The notes under the pieces are model-generated. The model worked only from the letters and a program-made list of their open reading frames with translations. It searched no databases and was not told the origin of the DNA. From assembly GCA_038204235.1 (NCBI GenBank), contig JBBRDD010000002.1, positions 4,583 to 68,582 of the forward strand: a stretch of DNA of 64,000 nucleotides, written 5' to 3'. This document shows, one piece after another, positions 19,804 through 29,493 of this stretch (within the stretch, counting starts at the first letter, position 1; each line of letters begins with the position of its first letter). The DNA is from Desulfobulbales bacterium (GTDB lineage Bacteria; Desulfobacterota; Desulfobulbia; Desulfobulbales; Desulfocapsaceae). A program made the translations under genes and the position numbers.

Positions 19804-22800
19804 GGTCGCATCGAATAGCCAGATTTGCGTGACAATTCTTCGGCAGTGGCCGCGATATGGTCCTTGATTGCGTCCTGATTTTGAGTCGCTGCCGTCGGCA
19901 TACCGTTATCAGACTGGAGACTCTCTCTGACCAATGCCGCGGTCTTTTTGACCGCAGGTTCTTCCATCATGTCGAGATGAACTCCAGGCATCTCGAACTC
20001 GGACATTTTTCCGCGCGCCAGGCCGAACCAGGTTTTCCCGATATCGACCGAGCTGTTGCTACATTTGAATATCGCGATGCTGCCTTCATAAAAGCATGGT
20101 TTATAGCGAAACAACAGCCTAAAAGATGCTGACATGGATTCCTGCATTAAACGTTTTTGTCTGTGCTCCATCGTCTCTGCGGTTTCGTGCGTGCCAGATG
20201 CCTTTGACTGGATGACCAATGCAGTCAATCGTACAAAGGGTTTGCTTATCCTGTGTCTTGCTGCGTCCCATGTTGATAAAGTTAATGATGGTACATTGTG
20301 CACAATCTTATAAGCAATATACCAAGCCCCCATCCATGGTTTTCTCTGGACAGCATACTGAAAATGTTTTTTGCATCTATGACGTAAGAGACGCAGAAGG
20401 TTCACTTGAGGTTGGCATTTAAGTTTTTCGAAGATCATCTCCTCCTCCTCTAGAGATGTGAGTGGGTTGTTGTGCACATAGCCGTCGAACACAAGAACCG
20501 CCCCCACCACCTTTTCGCCTCGCAAGTTCAGCTGCCGTGCCATCTCAAATGCTATGGCGCCACCAACGCAGGCGCCACCCAGGGAGTAAGGTCCTTCCGG
20601 ACGCACCGCCTTGATCTCAGAAATGTAATGTGCAGCGATCTCCTCAATACTCTTACTTTTGGCAAATGGAAGTTTCAATCCATCCGATTCCGTCTCGGCG
20701 CGAATCCCATACACCGGACGATCCTTCCCCAGACGCAACGCCAATGCACGATAGAAAAACACATACCCTCCACCCGCATGGATCAGAAACAGCGGGCTTT
20801 CGGCTCCGCTGGGTTGCAGACAAACGACCAGCGACGCATCCTTCTGCTCGATATTGCTGTCGATGATTCCCGCCAATGCCTCGATTGTCGGTTCTTCAAA
20901 GAATGTTTTGACCGGAAATCCTTCAGCAAAAACGCCAAAGGTATTTCTAATTTCCGTCAGCATCTCTTCGAACAGGTTCTTTTGGCCTTGCATCTCTAAA
21001 AAACTATCCCGTACGCCTATTGGATGCACGTTAAGAAGACGCTCCCAGATCGCAAGCACCTTGCGTTCCGTTTCCGTTCGCGGTTCGAGTCCACCTGTGT
21101 CAGCGCCAGCCTGCCTTGGCTCGCTCTTTGAAGCAATGCCAATCACTTTCACCAATCTTTCAGCGAGGCCTGCCACTGTCGAGGCTTCAAACATCACCTG
21201 CAAAGGCATCTCGGCCTTGAAGGTTTTTTGAATCCGTGAAATCATCTGAATCGCCAGCAGAGAATTGCCACCAAGCTCAAAGAAATCATCGTAGATGCCG
21301 ACTTGTGGCACATCAAGCACAGCAGCCCAGATCTGGATCAACTGTTCTTCAATAGCATTGCGTGGTGGTACGGATGACGATCCCTCTCGGTCTTGTTCAA
21401 GATCCAGGCAATGTTTAATCAATTCGTTCAGCGTTTGCAAATATAGAAGCGCGACAGACTCTATTGTCGACCTGCGATGGCGCCTGCGACTGAAGGACCA
21501 ATGCAACTCCAGGCAATCATGCAAGACAAGGCCATTAATTTCTATTTTGGCCAGCCGTTGAGCCCCTGGACTGTGTATCGGACCGGGTGATTCGGAAGCC
21601 AACCTCAGCAATGACGTTTTATTGAGAGCTCTGTCAACCTGTCCTAAATATTTAAAAGTCAGCTCTGGCTGGTAACAACGCGATTGTTCTGGTGTGCTTG
21701 CGGCATCACTTACCAGGTAGTTCAAAACACCGTATCCAAGGCCATGGTTAGGTATTTGCCGCAGTTGATCGCGAACTGACATTATCGCTTCCCCAGGTGA
21801 ATCAGTCGTGAGTTGCAGGTTTACAGGAAAGAGCGATGTAAACCACCCAACTGTACGGCCGATGTGGACGTCTTCCCACAATTCTTCGCGCCCATGTTCT
21901 TCGAGATACAGCAGCAGCGATTCGGTATGTGTATAGCGCCTGAACGTGAGCGCCAGGCCCGCAAGTAAAATGTCATTGATCTGAGTTCTGTAAACAGGCG
22001 ATACCCGCTGCAGAAGGTTCCGGGTTTGATCAGGTGTCAGTCGCACGACGACCGTCTCCGCCGAAGCCTCGTCGTCCAATCCGTCTTCGGACAAATCCGC
22101 CGCAAGTAGAGGTACAGGTGAGGTTGGAATGGCGCGCCAGTAAGCCGCTTCCTCCTGGAGTACGGCTGAGCTGGCGTAATCGCTCAAACGATGCGCCCAC
22201 TGCCTGAAAGACGTCGTCTTGGCGGGAAGCCTTACCCGTTGGCCAATTAGCAACTGTCGGTAGGCCAGTTCCATATCCTCCAGCAGAATAACCCAGGAAA
22301 CGAGATCTACAGCCAGATGATGGACAGCTATAAAGAGTCGAGCGGAGTTGGTCGATCCCAAATCATAATAGGCAGCACAAAACAGGCGCCCTTTACGCAG
22401 GCTCAGCGTAGTTTGAAGTTGAGCAGCCGAATCCGTCACTGCCGTCGGCTGGTCCACTGACGGCACTTCCGACAAATCTTCACGATGGAGCCGGAACCAC
22501 GCAACCGAGTCACCATACTCCTGGCACCAAGTGCCATTCACTTGCGTGAATCGAAGGCGCAAAGCATCATGGTGTAACAAGACATGGGCAATCGAAGACT
22601 CCAAAAGATCGACGTCGACCTGCTCCTTCAATTCAAAGACATATGCCTGGTTCCAATGTTGGCAATCATTGAGCTGACGCTCGAAGAACCACTTCTGGAC
22701 AGGTGTGAGCAAAAACCGACTAGTACCGACAGGTTCCGAAGCAGTCAGCTCCTCCATCGCAGTTGAAGCGGCGGCAATTTTCTTAAGTGTCTGGTGTTCA

Positions 22801-25800
22801 AAAAACTGCCGCGGCGCTATCTGCAAGCCAGCCCGTCTTGACCGATCCGCGGCAAGGACGGATAATATTTCATCCCCCCCCAGTTCAAAAAAATTATCGT
22901 TTAAGCTTACATGTTCTATACTGAGCACCTCGCACCAAATCTCGGCGAGCTTTGCCTCGAGGGATGTCGGCAATTTTTCCGCATTACCTGACAGGATGCA
23001 ACTCCCGGTGAGTGACGGCAGTGAACGGCGATCGAGTTTCCCATTGGCAGTCCTGGGTATCTCGTCCAGGGCGACGAAGACCCCGGGAATCATGTATGCC
23101 GGCAGCTCTCGCCTCACCCATTGCCGAAGCTCATTTACCGACGGCATACCACTCTGCCCAGGCACAACATATGCAACAAGTCGCTTTCCGCACTTTTCCG
23201 TGTCCTGCGCGTCAACCACGACCTCTCGAAGGGCCGGATGCATACCAAGCACCGACTCGATCTCCCCAAGCTCGACCCGGAAACCCCGTATTTTCACCTG
23301 GTCATCGATACGGCCGATGAATTCAAGCATACCGTCCGGTCGATACCGGACAAGATCGCCGGTACGATACAGGCGTTCATCGGCAGCGCCGCCGAACGGA
23401 TTCTGAATAAATTTCTCTTCTGTTAACAAAGAACGATTGAGGTAGCCACGCGCCACACCTGCTCCACCTATATACAGCTCGCCCACCACGCCGACAGGCA
23501 CGAGGCGACAATGAGGGTCCAAAACAAAAATCTTCATGTTAACAATTGGCCGACCGATGGGAATCGATGCCGCCTGTGGATCAACCTCCCACGTTGTAGA
23601 CACAACTGTCGCTTCGGTTGGACCATACATATTAACTATTCGTTCTGAGATAACAGGTCCAAGCTCCCGGAGTAAGCTGGACGACAGGGGTTCTCCGCCG
23701 GCGATGATCCGACGCAGCGACGCCAGTGCCTCTGGCCCGCCTGGCAGCAACATCAACATGCGGAGAAATGACGGGACTGTTATTACATGGGTAACGCTGT
23801 GGTTGCGAATGAGATCAGGAATAGAATTGTCCCCGGATTCCTCTATTCCCGGCCAAATTATGACGTGATAGCCCCTTGTGAGTGTCCAAAAGAGATCGAG
23901 AACAGAGGGATCGAACGAAACGCTGATAACTGCAAGCCAGGTCCCGGGCTCCCGACCCAGGACAGCGTCCATCCCGGCAAATAAGTTCATAACGTTCTGA
24001 TGCTCGACCATTACTCCTTTCGGCTTCCCGGTCGAACCGGAGGTGTAGATCACATAAGCTAAGCTGCTGCCACGTGCATTTTCTTCCTTATCATTGGGAC
24101 GGGAGTTTGGACCATCGCCACCAATATCACCATCCACAAGGTGGATTTGCACATCCAGCGCAGAGAGTCTCGCGCTGGTCCTACGATTCGAGACCACTAA
24201 GAGTGGACGGGCGTCTTCTACCATAAACACCAGGCGATCGGCTGGATAGGCCGGATCCATCGGCAAATACGCTGCGCCGGTCTTCAAAATTCCCAACATG
24301 CCTGCCACAAGATCAAAGCAACGTTCCATGCAGATTCCGATTATGGCTTCCGGACACGCACCAGCTGCCCGGAGTTGTTGGGCAATCATGTCGGCTCTCT
24401 GGTCCAGCTCGCGATACGTCCAGGTTGTATCGCGGTAGCTCAGCGCAGCCGAGTCGGGCGTCCGGGCCACTTGTTCTGCAAATGCTTGCGAAATGGTTTT
24501 TTCCTGCCGGTAATCAGCCTGCGTGCGGTTCCATTCATCCAATTGCTGATAAAGCTCGAGGTCTGTGAGCAGCGGCAGTTCGGACAACCGTCCGTCCGGA
24601 TGAGCGGCAATCCCTTCCAGCAATACACGAAAATTTCCAGCCAGACGTTCTATCGAACCGGGTTCAAACAGATCGGTATTGTACTCCAATGCCCCTTCCA
24701 GTCCTCCTTTGCCGTTCTCACCCAGAAACATGGTCAAATCAAATCTGGAAGTTCCAGTTTGGAGGAACACCGGACTGAGCGTAAGACCCGACAATCTTGT
24801 TTCAGCCGCAGGCGCATTCTGCATGGCGAACATGACTTGAAAAAGAGGATTGCGACTCAAATCCCTTGGCGGCTGCAGTTCTTCCACCAATTTCTCGAAC
24901 GGGAGATCCTGATGAGCGTATGCCTCAAACGCATTTTCGCTCACCCTTGCCAACAGTTCGAGAAAGGTCGGATCACCGGAAAGGTTGCCGCGGAGTACCA
25001 GAGTATTAACCAGGAACCCGATCAAACCCTCCAGTTCCTGACGATTCCGACCGGCGACAGGGGTGCCCATGGCGATATCGTCCTGGCCGCTGTAGCGGTG
25101 CAACAGAACCTGAAACGCTGCGGTCAGGACCAGGAACAACGTGGTGCGTTTCTGGCTGGCCAAAGCTTTGAGGGCAGTCGTCAATTCAGGGGAGATGGAC
25201 AGGTTTTGCCATCCACCTCGATGGGATTGTACTTTCGGCCGCGGATGGTCGCTGGGGAGCTCCAAAACATTCAGGCCGGCCAGGCTTTTCTTCCAATACC
25301 CCAACTGCCGGTCCAATTCAACACCCTGCAGCCAGTCACGCTGCCAGACGGTAAAATCGGCATACTGTACCGGCAGTTCCACCAGAGGTGATGGTTGTCC
25401 CTGGCTAAACGCCCCGTAAAGGACTTTCAATTCATTAAACAACACCCCCATGGACCAGCCGTCGGAAATTATGTGGTGCATTACCAGCGTCAGGACATGT
25501 TCTTTCTCCGCCAGCCGAAACAACTTGACGCGCAACAGTGGTCCTTTCTGCAGGTTAAACGACAGTTGCGCCTCCTTATTCGCCAGCTGCTGCATTTCCG
25601 CTTCTCGATCAGCCTGGTCCACTAGATCGACCACCGGAAATTCCAGCTTCAATGAAGCCACAATCAATTGTTCCAGCTTCCCGTCCTGACTCTCAAAAAT
25701 GGTGCGCAGAGCCTCGTGGCGTTGGACTATTTCCTCCAGGCTGGCTTGCAAAGCAGGCAGGTCGAGCACACCTTCAAGACGATAGGCAATGGGCAAATTA

Positions 25801-25946
25801 TAATAGGCGCTGCCCGGATCAAGCTGGTCCAGCACCCACAGCTGCTGCTGACTGAACGATGCAGGAAAAATAAAAACGTCGTCCCTCTTAACATCGGAAC
25901 AAGACGTTCCTTCATTCGATCCCGAAACATGATTCAAATTTGGCAT
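19800..25946 (-). CDS. NRPS-B: C(LCL)-A-T*(no Ser)-E-T-T*(degenerate)-TE(Cys)
   Basis: C HHIISDGWS; A YTSGSTGKPKG, GELYIGG, YRTGDL; first carrier GGDEI; E HHLAVDLVSW, EEHGRE, RTVGWFT; second carrier GGNS; TE GACVG. Start ATG at 25946 follows AAGGA. Confidence 0.95.
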   Translation of the reverse strand: MPNLNHVSGSNEGTSCSDVKRDDVFIFPASFSQQQLWVLDQLDPGSAYYNLPIAYRLEGVLDLPALQASLEEIVQRHEALRTIFESQDGKLEQLIVASLKLEFPVVDLVDQADREAEMQQLANKEAQLSFNLQKGPLLRVKLFRLAEKEHVLTLVMHHIISDGWSMGVLFNELKVLYGAFSQGQPSPLVELPVQYADFTVWQRDWLQGVELDRQLGYWKKSLAGLNVLELPSDHPRPKVQSHRGGWQNLSISPELTTALKALASQKRTTLFLVLTAAFQVLLHRYSGQDDIAMGTPVAGRNRQELEGLIGFLVNTLVLRGNLSGDPTFLELLARVSENAFEAYAHQDLPFEKLVEELQPPRDLSRNPLFQVMFAMQNAPAAETRLSGLTLSPVFLQTGTSRFDLTMFLGENGKGGLEGALEYNTDLFEPGSIERLAGNFRVLLEGIAAHPDGRLSELPLLTDLELYQQLDEWNRTQADYRQEKTISQAFAEQVARTPDSAALSYRDTTWTYRELDQRADMIAQQLRAAGACPEAIIGICMERCFDLVAGMLGILKTGAAYLPMDPAYPADRLVFMVEDARPLLVVSNRRTSARLSALDVQIHLVDGDIGGDGPNSRPNDKEENARGSSLAYVIYTSGSTGKPKGVMVEHQNVMNLFAGMDAVLGREPGTWLAVISVSFDPSVLDLFWTLTRGYHVIIWPGIEESGDNSIPDLIRNHSVTHVITVPSFLRMLMLLPGGPEALASLRRIIAGGEPLSSSLLRELGPVISERIVNMYGPTEATVVSTTWEVDPQAASIPIGRPIVNMKIFVLDPHCRLVPVGVVGELYIGGAGVARGYLNRSLLTEEKFIQNPFGGAADERLYRTGDLVRYRPDGMLEFIGRIDDQVKIRGFRVELGEIESVLGMHPALREVVVDAQDTEKCGKRLVAYVVPGQSGMPSVNELRQWVRRELPAYMIPGVFVALDEIPRTANGKLDRRSLPSLTGSCILSGNAEKLPTSLEAKLAEIWCEVLSIEHVSLNDNFFELGGDEILSVLAADRSRRAGLQIAPRQFFEHQTLKKIAAASTAMEELTASEPVGTSRFLLTPVQKWFFERQLNDCQHWNQAYVFELKEQVDVDLLESSIAHVLLHHDALRLRFTQVNGTWCQEYGDSVAWFRLHREDLSEVPSVDQPTAVTDSAAQLQTTLSLRKGRLFCAAYYDLGSTNSARLFIAVHHLAVDLVSWVILLEDMELAYRQLLIGQRVRLPAKTTSFRQWAHRLSDYASSAVLQEEAAYWRAIPTSPVPLLAADLSEDGLDDEASAETVVVRLTPDQTRNLLQRVSPVYRTQINDILLAGLALTFRRYTHTESLLLYLEEHGREELWEDVHIGRTVGWFTSLFPVNLQLTTDSPGEAIMSVRDQLRQIPNHGLGYGVLNYLVSDAASTPEQSRCYQPELTFKYLGQVDRALNKTSLLRLASESPGPIHSPGAQRLAKIEINGLVLHDCLELHWSFSRRRHRRSTIESVALLYLQTLNELIKHCLDLEQDREGSSSVPPRNAIEEQLIQIWAAVLDVPQVGIYDDFFELGGNSLLAIQMISRIQKTFKAEMPLQVMFEASTVAGLAERLVKVIGIASKSEPRQAGADTGGLEPRTETERKVLAIWERLLNVHPIGVRDSFLEMQGQKNLFEEMLTEIRNTFGVFAEGFPVKTFFEEPTIEALAGIIDSNIEQKDASLVVCLQPSGAESPLFLIHAGGGYVFFYRALALRLGKDRPVYGIRAETESDGLKLPFAKSKSIEEIAAHYISEIKAVRPEGPYSLGGACVGGAIAFEMARQLNLRGEKVVGAVLVFDGYVHNNPLTSLEEEEMIFEKLKCQPQVNLLRLLRHRCKKHFQYAVQRKPWMGAWYIAYKIVHNVPSLTLSTWDAARHRISKPFVRLTALVIQSKASGTHETAETMEHRQKRLMQESMSASFRLLFRYKPCFYEGSIAIFKCSNSSVDIGKTWFGLARGKMSEFEMPGVHLDMMEEPAVKKTAALVRESLQSDNGMPTAATQNQDAIKDHIAATAEELSRKSGYSMRP

Positions 25947-25977
25947 TGCTTTTTCCTTTTTTGACGGTCTAATCAAC

Positions 25978-28900
25978 TTATCGCGGGTCTTTTGATTGAC
26001 GCAATTGCCTGGAAATTGGCTTAATTGACGATGCACTCGTGTCACGGATGGCCCCGCGAGCCATTGCCAAATCGGCGATGGTCTGATGCTCGAATATATC
26101 TCTGGGTGAGAGCAGGAGGCCCATCTGATTGGCTTTGGCGATAATTTGAATGGCTTTCACTGAATCACCGCCAAGTTCGAAAATGTTCTCATTTACCCCA
26201 ATATTCTTGATGCCAAGTATTTCCTGCCAGATGCCCGCAAGAACCCTCTCCATCTCTGTTCCGGGTGCCACCTGAGCGATCTCCGTTTTAAGCTCTATCT
26301 CCGCCAGTTCTGGTAAAGCCCTGCGATCCACCTTGCCATTTGCTGACAAAGGCAATGCATCCAACAGAACAAAACTGAGAGGGACCATATATTCAGGTAG
26401 CTTACCCTTAAGAAAGTCTCTCAACTCTCCAGCGAACAGCCTCTTTGCTCCAATTTCCCGTTTCTCAGAACATGTTATCGTAATTTTTAATGGATCGGAG
26501 GCTTCGTCTGCCTTTGTCCGCCCACTGTCAATTACCTCTAAATCCGCAACGACATAGGCTACCAACCGCCTTTTTTCTCGCTCCTCCCCCACCGTCATGA
26601 CCACCGTTGCCTGAACCCGGGGATGTTTTTTAAGGACTGTTTCGATTTCGCCCAGCTCAATGCGGTGTCCGCTTATCTTGACCTGAGAGTCTTCTCTACC
26701 AAGAAACTCAATGTTGCCATCGGGGAGACAGCGGCCCATATCACCAGTACGATATAACCTCTCTCCTGTATATGGATGCGTGATAAAACTTGCATTCGTC
26801 TTTTCTTCATCCCGCCAGTAGCCCCTGGCTAAACCAATACCCCCGATGTAGAGCTGGCCCGCCACCCATACTGGACAAGGCGTAAACGCCGAATTCAACA
26901 CGTAAATGTGTTGGTTAACCATCGGTTTTCCATACGGAATACTTACCCACGAATGGTCAATCTGTTCAATGGGATAAAGAATCGACCAAATTGAAGCCTC
27001 CGTAGCCCCGCCAAGACTTACTACATCAACACCGTCTCCCATGGCCCAGATCTGGTCGGGCAGATCCATCGGAATCCAGTCACCACTCATCATAACCAAC
27101 CGTAAACTTTTCGGTATTTTTTCAGACCGACCCGCCTGGAACTCAACAAGCATCTGCATCAAGGCGGGCACTGTATTCCATATCGTCACCTGATGCTGGA
27201 GTGCCAGCTCAACCCAATGCGCCGGATTTCGATTGGCAAAGGCTTCGGGTATCACCATGGTTCCACCCGCTGCCAAGATGCCAAAAACATCATAGACGGA
27301 CAGATCGAAGTTGAGTGCCGACAGCGCCAGGACTCGATCTGCAGATGTCACCCCAAAACGTTGATTAATATCCAGAACTGTGTTGACCACCCCTCTATGG
27401 TCGATCATCACTCCCTTAGGCTGGCCCGTGGTACCAGAGGTATACATTACATACGCCAGATCTTCTGGCCCCTGGCATGGTGTTATAGAACTTTCAGCCA
27501 AAGCCAGCTGGTCGACCTGGTCCACGCACAACCGCTCTATTCCCTTGGGCCATTTAATTTTATGGTCATACCAGGATTGCGTGAGGACCAATGAAACCTG
27601 TCCATTTTCAAGGAGATACAGGATACGCTCTTCGGGAAGACTGGCATCAACAGGAATGTATGCAGCTCCAGAACTAAGAATGCCCAACACAGCCACAACC
27701 TGCTCCCAACCCTTTTCCATCACCACCGCAACCAGTGAATTTGGACGCGCTTTTTTTTGCTGAAGCCAGTGGCCCACTTTATTGGCACTTTTCTGCAGTT
27801 CGCTGTAACTTAAAGTCCGTTTGGGGCTAATCACCGCCGGTTGATGCGGCCGCTCGGATACCTGTTCAAAAAATAACGAGTGGATCAGTTTTTCTGAGAT
27901 GGGAGACTCAGTGGCGTTGACAGCCAAACGCTCAGCAAGGTGACCATGCGGCAGCAGTTGGTTTTCCATTTCATACCGACTCTCCTGCCAACTTTCCTCT
28001 GCATCAGTCAGCCGGTGCAGCAGCCGATAATAGGCAGCAAACATGTCATCCAGGAGGCCCTTTGGAAAAATATCTTCCACTGCTTCCCAATCGATAACCC
28101 ATGCCCCAGAGCGCTCACTTACTTGACACTCCAACCAGACCTGAGGGGTCTGGGTAATGGTGTAAAGGTTCTCGCCGAGCCAGGCCGATTCACCAAACCA
28201 GGCTGCACTTACAGAATCAGTGCCCGGCGTTGGTGTACCCAACAGACTGGCAAAAACCACAGGCATAGTCGCCCCGAAATCACGCCCACGCACTTTATTG
28301 AGCTCACGAAGGACCCGGACCCCGCTTACCGAACTATGCTCCAGGTCAGCACGAAGCTGTTGCTTCAGTTGAAGCGCCCGCGCTTCAAAAGTGGGTTCTT
28401 CACAATTACAAATGGCAAGCAAAACATTCGAGGTGAAGTCGCCTATCACATTTTTCAGTCGCTGATCACGGGCGATACGATTCAATATTGGCATGTTGAT
28501 TGTGAATGTATCACTTTTGCTCCACAACCTGAGCACCTCCGAAAAAGTAGCCAGAAGCAACACCGATGGACTCAATCCCCTTTGGCGCGCCTGCGCCATC
28601 AGAGCATTCCACTGTCGGGAATCGAGATGGCCACTTCGATTGACAAATTCTCCCTTCTCTATGACCGAAGGATTCTTCGCCAGAGGCAAGTCGGGTCCCA
28701 TTGGCAGTGACAAGATACGGTTTTGCCAATACATCAAATCGAGCTGATATCCTGTGGATTTTCTCGAAGCAATCTCTGCCACGACAAAGTCCCGAAAGGA
28801 AAGCTCTTGAGTGGGCAAGCGCGCTTCGAGATTGTTATAAAACGCTGACCACTCGTAGAAAAAAAGTGCAACACTCTTCCCATCCAGGATCAACGCATCC

Positions 28901-29448
28901 AAGCTTAAATGCAGCCGAATTTTTCGATCATTCAAACGAGAAGCACGAATTTCGAATATCGGCCATTGATCACTTGGCAAAACCTGGTGCGACATACTTT
29001 GGCGTGTGGCCTTTAAAGCAGATTCGACTTCCTGGGAAGCTTTATCGTGCAGGTCTGCAACCGCAATTTTATAGGGAGGCACTTCTTTCAGAACCTGTTG
29101 CTGCCCATCAGGCCTTATGACAACCCGGAGCATGTCTTGCCGCTCAATCATCTTTTGCAATGCAAAATTCAATCTGCTGATGTCCAGATCAACGCTCTCC
29201 ATTTCCATGTAAAGGTGTGTTGATACCTTTCCCAGCCCAAAAGTTCCACTTCTGCCTATCAAGTATGCCTGCTGAATATCGGTCAGGGGAAAAGGTTCGT
29301 ACCGTCGTTCGGGGATGGCCAATATGCCAGGCGTTAAGTCTTTTATTTGTTGTCGTGAGACGCCGCCAATTTCCCTATCCGGTAATCGCCGGGGCAACGC
29401 ATCTTTGTTCTCTGCGTGGTCGGCAATACTGTCAGAATGATCACTCAT
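25978..29448 (-). CDS. NRPS-A: Cy-like domain-A(Cys)-T
   Basis: FPLTDIQQAYLIGR, DALILDGKS, GDFTS and QTPQV motifs. Hand-read A-domain code DLYNMSLIWK (Cys type). Carrier motif GGDS. Confidence 0.93.
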   Translation of the reverse strand: MSDHSDSIADHAENKDALPRRLPDREIGGVSRQQIKDLTPGILAIPERRYEPFPLTDIQQAYLIGRSGTFGLGKVSTHLYMEMESVDLDISRLNFALQKMIERQDMLRVVIRPDGQQQVLKEVPPYKIAVADLHDKASQEVESALKATRQSMSHQVLPSDQWPIFEIRASRLNDRKIRLHLSLDALILDGKSVALFFYEWSAFYNNLEARLPTQELSFRDFVVAEIASRKSTGYQLDLMYWQNRILSLPMGPDLPLAKNPSVIEKGEFVNRSGHLDSRQWNALMAQARQRGLSPSVLLLATFSEVLRLWSKSDTFTINMPILNRIARDQRLKNVIGDFTSNVLLAICNCEEPTFEARALQLKQQLRADLEHSSVSGVRVLRELNKVRGRDFGATMPVVFASLLGTPTPGTDSVSAAWFGESAWLGENLYTITQTPQVWLECQVSERSGAWVIDWEAVEDIFPKGLLDDMFAAYYRLLHRLTDAEESWQESRYEMENQLLPHGHLAERLAVNATESPISEKLIHSLFFEQVSERPHQPAVISPKRTLSYSELQKSANKVGHWLQQKKARPNSLVAVVMEKGWEQVVAVLGILSSGAAYIPVDASLPEERILYLLENGQVSLVLTQSWYDHKIKWPKGIERLCVDQVDQLALAESSITPCQGPEDLAYVMYTSGTTGQPKGVMIDHRGVVNTVLDINQRFGVTSADRVLALSALNFDLSVYDVFGILAAGGTMVIPEAFANRNPAHWVELALQHQVTIWNTVPALMQMLVEFQAGRSEKIPKSLRLVMMSGDWIPMDLPDQIWAMGDGVDVVSLGGATEASIWSILYPIEQIDHSWVSIPYGKPMVNQHIYVLNSAFTPCPVWVAGQLYIGGIGLARGYWRDEEKTNASFITHPYTGERLYRTGDMGRCLPDGNIEFLGREDSQVKISGHRIELGEIETVLKKHPRVQATVVMTVGEEREKRRLVAYVVADLEVIDSGRTKADEASDPLKITITCSEKREIGAKRLFAGELRDFLKGKLPEYMVPLSFVLLDALPLSANGKVDRRALPELAEIELKTEIAQVAPGTEMERVLAGIWQEILGIKNIGVNENIFELGGDSVKAIQIIAKANQMGLLLSPRDIFEHQTIADLAMARGAIRDTSASSIKPISRQLRQSKDPR

Positions 29449-29493
29449 ATTAGTTTTCCTCCATATACCTTCTCAGGTCAGCCGTTTTTTATT

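Noticed and set aside
22874-22881. G8 tract (minus strand) at the dead carrier motif as a phase-variation site
   Set aside because: It is short, encodes the conserved Leu-Gly-Gly-Asp, and the frame is intact.
24375-25391. 338-aa plus-strand ORF, and similar ones at 22705-23406, 27940-28710, 32560-33258 and 39458-40177
   Set aside because: Antisense shadows of NRPS or repeat genes, with no recognisable motifs.
25946-26045. Apparent overlap of NRPS-A and NRPS-B suggesting a frameshifted single gene
   Set aside because: NRPS-B has its own RBS and ATG at 25946, 31 bp after the NRPS-A stop, so two genes is the simpler reading.
25978-29448. Pyochelin/yersiniabactin-type siderophore interpretation of the Cy-A(Cys)-T module
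   Set aside because: No aryl-acid synthesis or ligase, reductase, TonB receptor or iron transporter in the window, and the Cy catalytic residues are altered.
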